Positions 45,483 through 58,278 of a stretch of 64,000 nucleotides of DNA are shown piece after piece. Position 1 is the stretch's first letter, and the number at the start of each line of letters is the position of its first letter. The stretch is from Setoptus koraiensis. Lineage: Eukaryota; Animalia; Arthropoda. The DNA lies in contig CM106585.1 of the NCBI GenBank assembly GCA_048013815.1, forward strand, positions 18,476,001 to 18,540,000, read 5' to 3'. The translations under genes were made by a program, and so were the position numbers. Under the pieces are notes generated by a model. The model was not told where the DNA came from and did not search any database. It saw only the letters and a list, made by a program, of their open reading frames with translations.

Positions 45483-47645
45483 ATGTTGCTGTTGTTGTTG
45501 ATGTTGTTGCTGTTGTCGGCCGCGCCGGCGCATCAGCGACCGTTATACAACATCGGGCCATGTTGCGTAACCGTGCTGTTGTGACTCTCGCTCGGCCGCC
45601 CATTTATCGCCGCCGTTCGGAGTCCGAACTTTGGACGGCTCTCTCACGCTCTCGTCGGCTCTCTCGGCCGCACTGGCCGCTCTGGCCGCACTGGCTCCCG
45701 TTGGCCAAAGGGCGAGCGGGCTGCCCGAGTGGCCGCAAACAGCGACGAGAGCGGCCGCTCGAGCGGCATCATCATTCATCACTGAGCGGGCCGAGCGCCT
45801 GACAGGCACCTGTTGCATGGCCGCATAGCGTATGTATTATGTAATATAACGTATGTATAACGTATGTATGGCGTTTGCATAACGCTTGTATGACGTATGT
45901 GCGGCGCTGCGGTCAGCGAGCCACTCTTGACTCAAGAGTCTTGAGGCTCGGCAAACTCCGACAAACTTTATCCCCGCTGCAGCCCGACGCTGGCGACACT
46001 GTCCCCTGGCGGCCGGACTTGGCGCGGGCGGGCTACCCAGAGCGGGCACGGTCGGCGCTGCCGAGAGACGGTCGGCGCTGCCGCGCGACCGAGCGACGAG
46101 CGACCGGAGTCGAGCGACTAGACTCAAGTTGCCGCCCGACTCCGGTCGCGCGGCCGCTCGATTGGCTCCAGTTGCCGGAGAGCGAAAGTTGCTGCCAGGG
46201 CAAGCCGGACAGAGTCGACAAGGGAAACTTATCGCAGATTTATTTATCATTCGGATCAATCGGATCAATGGGCGCTGAGTGGGTTCAGGCTGCACAATCG
46301 ATCGATCGGAGAGGAAGAAAAAAGTTGCAGCGGCCAGCTGATAGGATGAAGTAGTGAAAAAAGTGCAAGCCAAAAGTGATTTTGTTAATCTGATCAGACG
46401 ACGACGACGACCAACGAGCTGTGTGACCCCATTGACAGCGCCAACCAGAATAATAACTCACAAAGTTATGTAACAAACAAGCAAACAAAGTTTGTTTGGT
46501 TGCCGCTACAATGTGTTACAGTCGATGGCTCAATGGGAACGCCAATGATTCTGGCAACTGCACACACACACAACTTGCCACTTGTTTAATCTGTCCGTTA
46601 TCCGGCCATTATTCGCCTAATGCGTTATCGAGTCAATAATGTTTATAATGTTGCGCAACCGCTCTCTTAGAGCATGTGATTTGCCAGGCATCATGATGGA
46701 GCAAAGAATTGAATTATTACCGCATTATTATTAGCCTTCAATGCCATACGAGCGCGATATAAGCGCATGGACTTTGCACAGGTGAATATCCAGACGATGG
46801 ATATTTGCGCAGTCCATGCGTCGTATCGCAAGTGTGTAAATGTTGCACTTTTACCTGTTTGGCATACGCGATGGGCTACGCCATCGATTGGCATGGGTTA
46901 CGCCGCGGCGACTCCATGTTGACGGCACGATCCTCCAATTACACACACACACACACTACAGGCAGGTCGCCCCCTTCTCCGATTTCATTCATGCGCTCGC
47001 CAGATCACATTATCGGCATCATCATTATTACAACCATTCCTCTATCACCTGTTGCTCCGTTACATCGTCTATTATTATATCCTTATATCGTTTGTTACAT
47101 TTTGGTTTGCTTGTTGCGGCCAGTTGGCCAGTTTTCTGGCCGTTTTTGCGATACTTGTGTCGGACCGCACATTTGTTGGCCAGTTTTATGGCTCTCAAGC
47201 CGGCCAGAAAACTGTAATTGTGTGGCATGCATTCTTATCAGCTCATTAGCTGCTCGAGCTGGGAAGCTTTTGGTCAAGCTTTCGGCGGTGTGTTGTTGCG
47301 CAACAACACCAACAAATGACCAGCAACAAGTGTCGGCCGGCCAAGAACAACAACAGGCGCAACAACCACGATGTACACATTCGGACGGAATATTAATGAT
47401 GCCACTAGTCCACCGCAAAGCAACCGGCGAATGCCATCCGAGCGCGGTCCCGTTATCAACACACACACACACACACAAACAAATAATAAAATACATACAA
47501 TTAAATCGAACCACTGGCTAGACAATCTGGCCAACTGAGCAGTTGTCATTCCGTTATCTCGGTCGCTAATCTTTCTTTGTGTGAATTTCGACAAAAAGCT
47601 CTTGTTTGCTCTAATCTGCGCGGCTGATTGTTTATCATCTTTTTG

Positions 47646-47700
47646 CACCACCACCACCACCAACATCAACAACAAGAATAACGACGACAGCAACAGCAGC

Positions 47701-47731
<31 letters not shown>

Positions 47732-47751
47732 GCAGCAACAACAACAGCAAC
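47646..47751. repeat. (CAA/CAG/CAC)n microsatellite
   Basis: Directly visible. Confidence 0.85.
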
Positions 47752-50650
47752 ATGCTCCGCGCCATGGCAACTTTTTATAACAACTAGCCAAGCGGCGGAC
47801 CGTGGTCAATTTTCAAACTAACAACTCTGTTTTCCACAGCTTCAACACCACGCATATTTATTACGCAATCGATCTACTAACACGATGCTAATTTGTTGGC
47901 CAAATCGCATCCATTGAAATAAATGAGATGCCAGTTGTCACACCATTTTGCATCGACAGGCGGCCGGCTATCAAATAACATTGGGCAATTACGTTGGGCC
48001 GGCTGATTTATTCCCATGCCGGGCATTGGTCACTACACTATTGGTTGGTCGCAATTTGCGAGTCACACCGGACACAGATGAACTTTTGCGATATCGATCG
48101 CACAAATTATCCAATTATCATGACACCTTTGGCCTTTTCGTTGCTGTCGTCACCGACAGCAACGACGAGTTGTTTATCGTGGCCACCCCCACGCCTGCCC
48201 AGAAAAACAAATCTGTCATTTTTTGCCAAAAAACCGATCTCGCTAACTAATCGCCAGCAGACATCAGAGGCCCGCGGGAGCTGTCGTAACAGCAACAGCA
48301 TGTTGTTGAACGATATGTTTGTAGTGTGCGATATTCACGCGTGAATATTCTGACAAAAACGCCAGTAGCCAGTAAAAAGCAGGTAGGCGAGCCTACAGAT
48401 TGTGTGTATCAGATTGTGATAACAAGCGCATGACAGCAAGCGCAAATACTTACCGGAAACGGCGGAGTACGTGCGTGACGGTGACGGCGCAACAGGTGTG
48501 CCGATAGCCTATCGACGATAGGTGACAGCTCATGTGTGGCCAGGAACGGAGCCAGCCAGCGGATGCAAAGCGAATCGGTGCATCGTTCAGTTGCTGGCGG
48601 CTACTTTCATGAATGAGTGGGCAACTTGTGGCCAGAAATGGATAGCGCCTGCATCACAACCACAAATAGAGCAGATTGCGCTGCTGGCAATTACGTAACA
48701 ACAGCAGCAACAGCAATTACAGCTACAAACGCCGTTACGTAACGGACGCAACTGAGCGCCGGTCGGATAAATGGCACCTGAGCAGCAGTTTCACGCGTTG
48801 ATTGACTCGTTGAGTGTGACAGCAACCCCTTCAGCTCGAGTCGGACTTTGGTCGGACTAGCTCGCAGCAGCAGCGAAACGGTCGGCCAAACTGACAATTA
48901 TCGCTCTTTATCTATAATCACCCAAATGCAGGGCATGCCCAAATTTGCATGGGCTCGCCAGCCAGTTGTCGCCATAGTCAATTAGTCGATGTTGTGACTC
49001 ATAACTGACACATATACTCAGTATATTATACTGCATATATACACTACACTGAATATGAGTTATGAGTCGCTCGGTAGGGCGATTGTCGGCGCAACGGCGC
49101 GTACAGGTAAAGTGGGCGCCGGTAATTGTTTGATATCATTTGCGAGTCATCATTCGATTTCGAGCGAGCAACAGGCCGGACTTTTTTTTCAGCGCGACTC
49201 TTTCAGCGCGAGACTTGCCTTTCAGCGAGGGCTAATTCAATTGAATTGATACACATCCAACAACTTGTTAGCCGGCCAAACGGTAACATGGAAATAATAA
49301 TAATAATAAATTTAATCGCACACAGATGATTCATCACCTGAATTAGTCGGCCGGCTCAATTATGCGCTGCGTACCTGTACACTCAAATGATTAAGTCCAC
49401 TCCCGAGGCTTTGCGCTGCAATTGGCGCTGCTCGCAAGTATATAATTGATGCCTGATGCACTCTCATTGTGCCACTCTCTTACACTCAACTGTATCTGGC
49501 CAAATGGCTGCAAACGGCCAAAATGAGCTGCTATTCGTCGCTGGTGGTGTTTTCGCGCTGGCTCAATTCGGCAATAATTCGGCTCGAACGCAACGCTGCT
49601 AATTCGAACGCCGTAGCACAGATTTGTAATAAACGTTGTCGGTGTTGGCGCCGAAGCGCCGCTGAAACGCCGCCGAGGGGAGGCCGAAAGAACGAGACGC
49701 CGAAAGGATAAAAAACAAAACCAACGAGATGCTCTCGTGTTGTTTACATTGGCCGCTGTAGCCGCTGTAACAACAATGCAACGGCAGCAGCAGCGGCAGC
49801 GGCCATGTAGTTAGTCCAATTACCAGATCATTAATTACCTAATTAACATAATATCTCGGCTCGGCTCAGCTCGGCTTTGGTGCGCTTGCGTTGCCGTTAG
49901 CGGCGCCAGCTGCCGCTTCTGGCTCGTCTGATTAAATTTGCCCTCTCGCCTTGTCGCGACCATTATGCATTATTATGCATTACTATGTATTACTCTGGGC
50001 ACCAGATTACCGGCTGAATAAAATAAATATAACAACGCTTCGAGACAAACGCTCGCTCGTTTGTTTGTTTTGTCGCTGTTGCACACAAATCAACAATTTG
50101 GCAATATCAACTTTTATGCTAATACGCTCACACTGTTTGGACTGGATAATTTGTTATTCACGCATGGACTTGGCCAATGACTCATTGGCAATGAGGGCCC
50201 AACGGTCGTTGTCAGACTGGCTAGATAAGCAGCTCGCTCGAAGCTGTAACTAGATGCAACGGACCAGAATGTGGCACGATGAGAATGCGAGTGGCCCTAG
50301 TGGCCAGAGGCGACCATCAAAAAGTTGTCACCTGGTCGCTGAGGCAACCCGAGGGGACGTTGGCGCTGATGATTTGCGCTGCAAAGTCGGATAAGCGATA
50401 CTGATTGATTGATTTATTTAGTGTCCGACAGGGCACAGGTAGCGTGAATGTCAATCGGATACAGAGAAGCGATACAGAGTGGCCGTTGCTGGCGCTGTAA
50501 GGGCCATGCAACAGTGCAAATCATCATCGTGCTTGCGTAACAAAATGCGGCCATCTATCTATTATGTGTGTGTGTGCAAATCACAACCTGTGCTACCTGT
50601 GAATTTATCATATTCACCTGATCATGAGTTGCACAGATTCACAGTGTGTG

Positions 50651-50702
50651 TTACGTCATACGTCATGTATTAGACGTCATGTATTAGACGTCATGTATTA
50701 GA
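50651..50702. repeat. 14-bp tandem repeat (gtcatgtattagac) carrying four ACGTCAT motifs
   Basis: Directly visible. Confidence 0.85.
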
Positions 50703-51185
50703 TACACATGCGAACAGTTACACATCCCGAGACAGTTTACGAGAGTTACGTATTCAAAGGGTTACATATTGGCATGACTCACGGCGGCCCGGCTGGCATG
50801 TTGCGGCTGCACATGACGAGTCTCGTCATGAGTGATGGGACCCACCGGCACATCATGTACAGGCGGCGGGCGACACACCGGCACGCTAATGGCTAATCGT
50901 CGCAGCTTTATCTCTTCCTCGTAATAAAAGCCGCTGGTCAGCCGAGAGCCCGACGTATGCGCCGCTGAGTCCATCAATTATGGGCTGATTGTTTTGCCCG
51001 TTTGCCGCTCAATTTGTTACATAATTACACTTTACATGTACCGCATGCACTCACTCTCGCTCTCTCTCTCTCTCTCTCTCTCGTCGTATTCGTATTCGAG
51101 TGAAATCTCTCGTTAGGCTCTCGTTGTGCACTCGTTTATGCGCTCTGGCCGCCAGAGTCTAGCCAGCTCTCGCGAGATGCTGCTC

Positions 51186-51267
51186 GACGCTTGCACCAAC
51201 CCGATGCTTGCGCCGACCCGATGCTTGCACCGACCCGATGCTTGCACCGACCCGATGCTTGCGCCGA
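51186..51267. repeat. 17-bp minisatellite (gatgcttgcaccgaccc), about 4.8 copies
   Basis: Units start at 51186, 51203, 51220, 51237 and 51254. Confidence 0.9.
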
Positions 51268-53029
51268 GCTGATGCTAGCGAACAGCCAGCGAACAGCCAG
51301 CGAACGGCCAGCGAACAGATAGCGAAATTGATAGACGACCACGACATGCGCTCGCAAGTTGCTGCCGGCTCATTGGCCGCTCGCCGCTCGCCAGTTGTCA
51401 GCCGCCGGCTCAGCTGACGATTGTCACCTGAGCGGCGGCAAAGTCGTTTCACCTGTTGCTGCCGCTGCTGTTGCCGCTAACGGCAGCGGCCAGCGACAGC
51501 GTTAAGCGACAACGGCGAGCGACAGCGGCAAACAGACGAAACAGACGAAACAGACGAAACAGATGAAACAGATGACGCAAAACCGCGCCAGTCAGCTGGC
51601 TGTCAAACGTCCGAGGCGGACGCACTCGCGACTGGCAGTCTCGAGCGGACCAAACGGCGAGCGACCGACTGTCGAGCGGAGCGGCTCTCGAGCGGGCTCA
51701 CTCCCGAACTTCTCATTATGCGGCGGTCAGCGCGACATCGACAGCCCAGAGGCTTAATTGGCATCAGTGGTCGGCAAACAAGCAATTAGGAATAGGACAG
51801 ATGGTGTTGTGAGCACAAACTGTCCACTGGCCGTTTGTGCCATTTAGGCCAAACGAGCATTAATGTCTTCATTATTGTCCAATTCATTATGCGTCTCCGT
51901 TGCTGCCATTGGGAGGTCCCGCCGCTATTATGAGGTCCACTCGCCGGCCAGCGACAGATAGTGGCCAGCGACAGATAGCGGCCAGCGACAGATAGCGGCC
52001 AGCGCACACTGCCGGTCGCCGGCCGCAGATACTGAGCGCGACAGGTAGTCCGCCGCCGAGCGACAGGTGAATCGCGATAAAATTATCGTCGGCACGTCTT
52101 ATCTGCGCAAAGAGTTGTGTCACTTGTGAGCGCAGTTCCAATAATGCGCCGCTCACATTTGCGCGATAATGCGCGACATTTTACTAACAATGATCCGTTA
52201 GCGCTCGCAAGGGAGCAGGACTTTTGAGCGCTCGCCAATGGCCGCAAAGGAGCAGGACTTTTGCGCGCTCGCAAGCGGCTGCACTCGCGACTCACAACCA
52301 AACAATCTTTCGAGGGACTTTCGCGCAAATAGGTCGCAATCGGTCGCAATCAAACAGCACTACGGTGCGCAACTTTCGCCTCACGGGCCACTCTCGCCCA
52401 CACAACGGGAGCCACTGGCAGTGAGCTGGCCAGACTAGCTCGACAAATCGGACAGAAGACAAGATTGACAAGGAGCGTTCAACGGGCTAGTGGCCAACAA
52501 CCGTTTACTACTCAATAAATGAGCAGTAGTCCGACAATTAAGATAAACACAAAAATGAACAGATAAATACAGCCCGACACAGCGGGCCATAAACGGTCTC
52601 GCCAAGTAGCTTGCCAATGTGTGAGGTGATGCCGATGCCGAGACTGATGAGATGAGATCGAGATGATGTGATCAGCGAGACGGGATAATTAATTTAGCCA
52701 CACACACACACACACGCATAATGCATGCATGAGGGTGTGCAACTTGATCTATGGTTATGCTAATGACGACGACGTCATTGATCTATTGATGCATACATTG
52801 ATGTAATGCAGTCATCATCATGCCGACGACACACACACACACACACACACACATGATGTAATTAAAGCCCTAATAAATGCTCGCCGGCCGTCTCAGCGGC
52901 CCGTTTAAGTGTCGCCCGTTAAGTGGCCGGCTGAAGCTCGGAACTCAACTGTCCACTTAAAAACATACCGTTGCACCGTTAGTTAGTATCATCGGATCGG
53001 GTGCATATAATGATATTATCGTAGTAGGT

Positions 53030-53125
53030 AGTATCGTGTAGTGATATTGCGCAATCGAATCATGTAGTGATATTGCGCAATAGTATCATGTAGTAATATT
53101 GCGTAATAGCATCATATAGTGATAT
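53030..53125. repeat. 26-bp tandem repeat containing ATTGCG(C/T)AAT
   Basis: Cores at 53046, 53072 and 53098. Confidence 0.85.
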
Positions 53126-54572
53126 CCATTTCACTCACGTCTGGCCGGGCGGGCGCGGGCACAGCGCGCATAGCCAGAGGACGCCGTCTTGACAGGCACA
53201 AGATGGATGTGAGCGGCTCGGATTATCCGGCCGGCCGCCGGGCTGAGGCGGATCGCGGCCGATTGGAGCGACGCGGGCAAATCGGGCCGATTGAGGCGGA
53301 TCGAGCCAGATCGGGCAGATTGAAGCGAAGCGGGCAGATTGGAGCGGATCGGGCAGGTTGGAGCGGAGAGATGGAGCAGATCGGAGGTGCCCGATTAGGC
53401 CCGGTGAGCCGAATGAATATGAGCCGCTAAATGGCGGCTATTCAGCACACACTGTTGACATTTGACATGACTACTGCCGATCGCTAATAAGTAGCGCTGA
53501 GCGGCGCTCATTAGCTGCATTATACGTTATATATATATTATCTGTGGCTATCTGCGGATTGCGTTGCCGGCATGCGGACGATGCGACGAGCAGCCAGTTC
53601 CTCTTCCTGGTATCGCCTGGCGACTTAATGGTGGCCGTTTGTTGGGTCTGTGGCGTTTGTCGCGTTTGTTGCGTCTGCCGGCCAGTTTGTCGTGTTGGCC
53701 GAGCCCGACGGACTCGGCCACTCTGGCCGCTCGGACACTATTGATCATCGAGACTCTCGATTCGAGCCGACCACTGAGAGATGGCCGAGCGAGGGCCGAG
53801 CGCTGGCCGGAGGAGCGACCGTCGGCGAGCGAGAGATTATCACAGCATAAAAATAAACAACGACGGACGAGGCTTGTTATATTTATGATGCCCGTTATCT
53901 CTTTGCAATCTGTCCGGCGACTGCATGTGACCGGGCTGCATGCGGCTCGGCCGGCCAGCCCGCAACCGTAGCGGCCGCAGCGACGACAACGGCAACAGCG
54001 ACAGCAACAGCAACAACGACAGCAACAGCAACAACGACAGCAACAGCGACAACGACAACAACAACGACAACAACGGTAACTGTAACTGGACCAGCAGAGA
54101 CAAACTGGCGACGAGGGCCGGAAAAGGACGGAAAAGGCGACGGTTGACGGCGCGACGGCGCAACCTGTTTGGCGCGCCCGTTACAGCCAACACAGCGGCA
54201 CCTGTATATCTGGTGCTCATATGAATTAGCGAGCAAGTGGCATGATCAAATAATTGATTAAATTGTTGTTTGTGTGCCGTGTGTGTGTATCAAATGTTGT
54301 TTGTTTTATTAATGATGACGACAAACGCGCTTGCCATCATCTGCGGAGGTGGCGATGCCGGCCGCTACACTGTTACACACACTCACCTGGCTGACCATTG
54401 TTATCCCAGGAAGTGGCCGGCTGCGATATTGTAACCGTGCTATTACGGTGCGCAAGTGTCGGGCGCCGCTTTGCGCAACTTTTGCGCCACTCACACCCCG
54501 CCGTAGCCAGTATAATGCACTGAGCCAGTATAATATCGTCGGCGTCGGGCCGGAGTCCGCTGGCCGGCCGAC

Positions 54573-54663
54573 TGCGCGGCAGGAGCTGACCGGACGATTG
54601 CGCGGCGGAGCTGACCGGACGATTGCGCGGCGGAGCTGACCGGACGATTGCGCGGCGGAGCTG
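54573..54663. repeat. 25-bp minisatellite (ggagctgaccggacgattgcgcggc), 3 copies plus partials
   Basis: Units start at 54582, 54607 and 54632. Confidence 0.9.
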
Positions 54664-57310
54664 GCCGGCCGACCGTGCGGCCGGAGCCGACGGGCCGACT
54701 GTCGGGCCTGAAGTGTCCAGGAGAGCGGCGTTCGTTTCGGCGCGACCGCAGCAAAAAGCAAATCGGAAGGCGACAAGAACAAATCATAAAATAAGAACAA
54801 CAACGCCGAGATAACAGTTACACTTTCGCCCGCTCCTCTCGGCTCATCATTTTCTAATCTTAATTAATATTCGCTCACACGATACGACCATGATGGTCAT
54901 GGTGGCGCTGTAATACAGCGGCTGTATACATGTGCGCCACGCAACTTCCTGTTTGTCCCTCTCGCTCTCTCTCTCTATTTAGATTGCACAACCGATAGCG
55001 GCGGCGGCGGCGGCAACATTATATCGTAACCAGAGTAACACACAACGACACCCAACGGTCAGCGTATTTATCGCTGTACTACCTGTACAGCTGACATTAA
55101 ACTATGTGTACAGTTGCCTGATTAGCGGGCTGTCCGCTGTCCGGCCAAACATGCCCGACTGCTGGCCAAAGATTAATCACATTAGCTATTAGATAATTAA
55201 TTGGGCATCATGCACCCTTGCCCCAATATCCCTTACACATTGTCCGTTACGGCCGTTCCGCTTTTGTTCGGCGCGGACACAAGCGTCCAACAAGTGGCTG
55301 CCGATGATAAAGACGGGGCGACGATATAGCGAAAGAATGAATTTTTGTCCGTACCACAATGCCAGCATTCATGTACATTGGGCGCTTATTCTTGTCACTG
55401 GCTTCTTCTTCTTCGTCTTGTCGTTCTTCTTGTTCTTGTTCTTGTTAGCTCCTTCTTTCGCCAATCAAACCAGCAAGCATCCAGCAAAAGTATCGACCCG
55501 CTTGCATTGGCGCCAATCAGCCGACCGGCACACAACCAGACAGGCACACAACCAGACAGGCGGGCGCAAGCATCGATTATCGAACACAACATGATGGATG
55601 ACGTAACTATGATGGATTCAGACGACTTATTCTGGCCTGTCTGGCCGCCAGTCATCGCAGTGATGGATCGCACCAGGTTCCCTCTATCGCTCTCACCAAA
55701 TGGGATATGATATCTCCTTCATATGATACGATCTCTCTCGTTTTATCTCGTTTTGTATCCCCGCGAATCATCGTATCTCGTTTTGTATCCCCGCCAACCA
55801 TTTCATCTTGTTCTGTCTCTGTGAGACAATCTCAGCGAGACAGTCTCAGCGAACGCTCAAGATGCCGGCGCCGCGCTACCAAGCTCGCCATGATACATTA
55901 TGCAAATTGAGCATCGTGTCGCAACCAATATATTTAAATGAAAATAATTCAGCCGCGCCAATTGTTTGGCCCTGGCGCTCCGACGGTTAGTCACACAGCA
56001 CATTCGCTTGGTCAGTCTCACACGTCCGGCCCGGCGGCCGGACCCATTTGAATCGACTTCCGGTCCGGCCGAGCCACACACCGGAAGTCGGTTTGGCCAC
56101 AGCTGATCGACGCCCGAGCGAGGCCCCACTGGCCGCCACTTGGAGCATGTGCGACACACAGTGGCACAGGGCACAGCAATAAACAGTGACAGTGGCAGCA
56201 ACAATGTCAGTCGATGACGATTTCTCTGGCTTCAGATGGGCACACTGATAACCGAATGGCAATGCCTTTCCTCTGGACCGATAGTAATTAATTTTGCGTG
56301 CATTAGTCGCTGAGCACAACAGCCATAAACGAGCGCACAGACTGCGGCTCCGGCCCCAGAACGGGAAGCTAGCGACGCGAGGCATGCCCAACAAGCTCTG
56401 GCACTGGCAAGATGGTGGAGGCGGCGGCGGATAGGGCGACAACGAGAGAGAGAGAGAGAGCGAGCAATTTGTCAGTTGTTGCCTTATCAGCGCCACTCAA
56501 TCTCGTGTCAGCCTGTCTAAGATTATTGCTGGGAGGAGCAGCCCGTTGTAAGTGTTGCGATAACGATCGCGACTCGACGCATTTTTGTACGTTCGATTCG
56601 CGAGAGTCTTATCGAGCGCGAACGCGCGCAACGACAGCCACGACAAGCTACGACCGACAGTCGTGAGTGTGAGGCCAACAGAGACGCGCAAGCGAGCGAA
56701 AGCAAGCGAACAGCAGGCGAAAACAAGCGAAAATCAAGTGGAAATCAGGCAAAAACAAGCGAAAAACAGGCGAAAACAAGCGCGAAACTGCATCCTGATC
56801 TAGAGATGACAGATCGCTTATGGCCGCTCATCGACACCCGCCAGAGAAACAACAACGACGACAACAACAAAGAGAGATAGTCATCTCTGGCTCGTCGTCT
56901 GTCACTGGCTGTCAGCTGTTTCGTCAGACATGGTTTGACAACAGAGTTGCAAATGTCGAATGGCGATGGCGTTAATGGCGTTGAAAGTTGAATTTGTTTG
57001 TTCGCGCATGCCAACCGATATGTAAAACATAAAACCGGCACCGGTTGACATCATCGATTCAGTCAGCTGACGCTACCTGTTTAGGAGCGAGACAGAGGGC
57101 GCCCAGAGATAAGCAACCAGAGTGACATTTGCGAACGCAACAGATGGGGGCCAATAAACACATCGATGGCTGCCGATCACGGTTGCTGACGCGATCAAAC
57201 GATTCGTGTGACACTATTCGACAGGTGAGTGTGGTTGACACTTCTGTCAGCGACGCCGGCTACATGTGCCAACACAACCAGTCAAAGTTTGGCTTGTCAA
57301 AGTGTTTGCA

Positions 57311-57892
57311 TAGAGTGGGGGTCTTTATTTTTTGTCCATTGTGGATTTTAGCGTGGTTTATTCCAAAAAGTTCAAACCATTGGCTTTTATTTGGACGAAA
57401 TGATTAATTCATTTTTCTCATTCTTTTTCTGATTTAAACCATGGTCTAAATGATTGATATTAGACGAAATGGACGATATGATTTTTATGTCGGTTGGTTT
57501 AAACCAAATTGGAGTAGAAACCATTAAAATCAATGATTTAAATCATTTTGTATTAAAAATACATGCAAAATTATGACATGCGACACCTATCGACTTCGCG
57601 CTGACACACAACTATACATTGTCACTCGAACTAATCAACATGGTTTTAGACCATGGTTTAAATCAATGTTGGTCTAAATGGTTTTTATTGCTAATAAAAG
57701 CCATTTAATCCAGAATTTCTGAGTAAAAGCCATTTCAATAAAGCCAAGAAATATTAAAAATCATTTCGTCCAAAAAATGCCTATTTTAATCATGGTTTAA
57801 ATCAAAAATGGTCTATATTTATAAAAGCCTAAAATGATTTAATCATCGCCCTTGGTTTAATTCATGATTTTAATGTAAAGACCCCCACTCTA
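57311..57892. mobile_element. MITE / non-autonomous DNA transposon, 582 bp
   Basis: Perfect 17-bp terminal inverted repeats TAGAGTGGGGGTCTTTA (57311-57327 and 57876-57892), flanked by the direct repeat TTGCA (57306-57310 and 57893-57897); AT-rich interior with the internal inverted pair ttggacgaaatgatt/aatcatttcgtccaa (57391 and 57759) and repeated ATGGT(T/C)TAAA motifs. Confidence 0.85.
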
Positions 57893-58156
57893 TTGCATAG
57901 ATAGCGCGCCATAAACGCGATGCGATCTCGTTCCGTCCAGGTGAGTCGCGCTGGCCGGCCGGCGTGGGCATCGTTGAACATGTCTCATGTCCGGTCACAT
58001 CTCGACGGCATTGGACGACGCGAATCTCCATTGAGCGCTATTTCTGTTTCTGGTCGACTGGGCTGGACAAGCCATCAATCATTCAACATGAGCTCGCGCT
58101 CGGCAACTCTTTCCTTTCACAGTATCGTGCTCGTTCCTCGCTCTACCTGAAACGGC

Positions 58157-58278
58157 ACCAACAACGCCGACCACAACAGCAGCACCGACAACACCGACCA
58201 CAACAACAACAGCAACAACAGCAACAGCAACAACAGCAACAACAGCAACAACAGCAACAACAACGACAACGACACCAA
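58157..58278. repeat. (CAA/CAG)n compound microsatellite
   Basis: Directly visible. Confidence 0.85.

Noticed and set aside
48446-48454. ATACTTACC resembling the U1 snRNA 5' end
   Set aside because: No U1 stem-loops or Sm site follow; it is more simply a reverse-strand donor-like sequence
51186-54663. CRISPR-like reading of the tandem repeats
   Set aside because: The repeats are head-to-tail with no unique spacers, in a eukaryotic context
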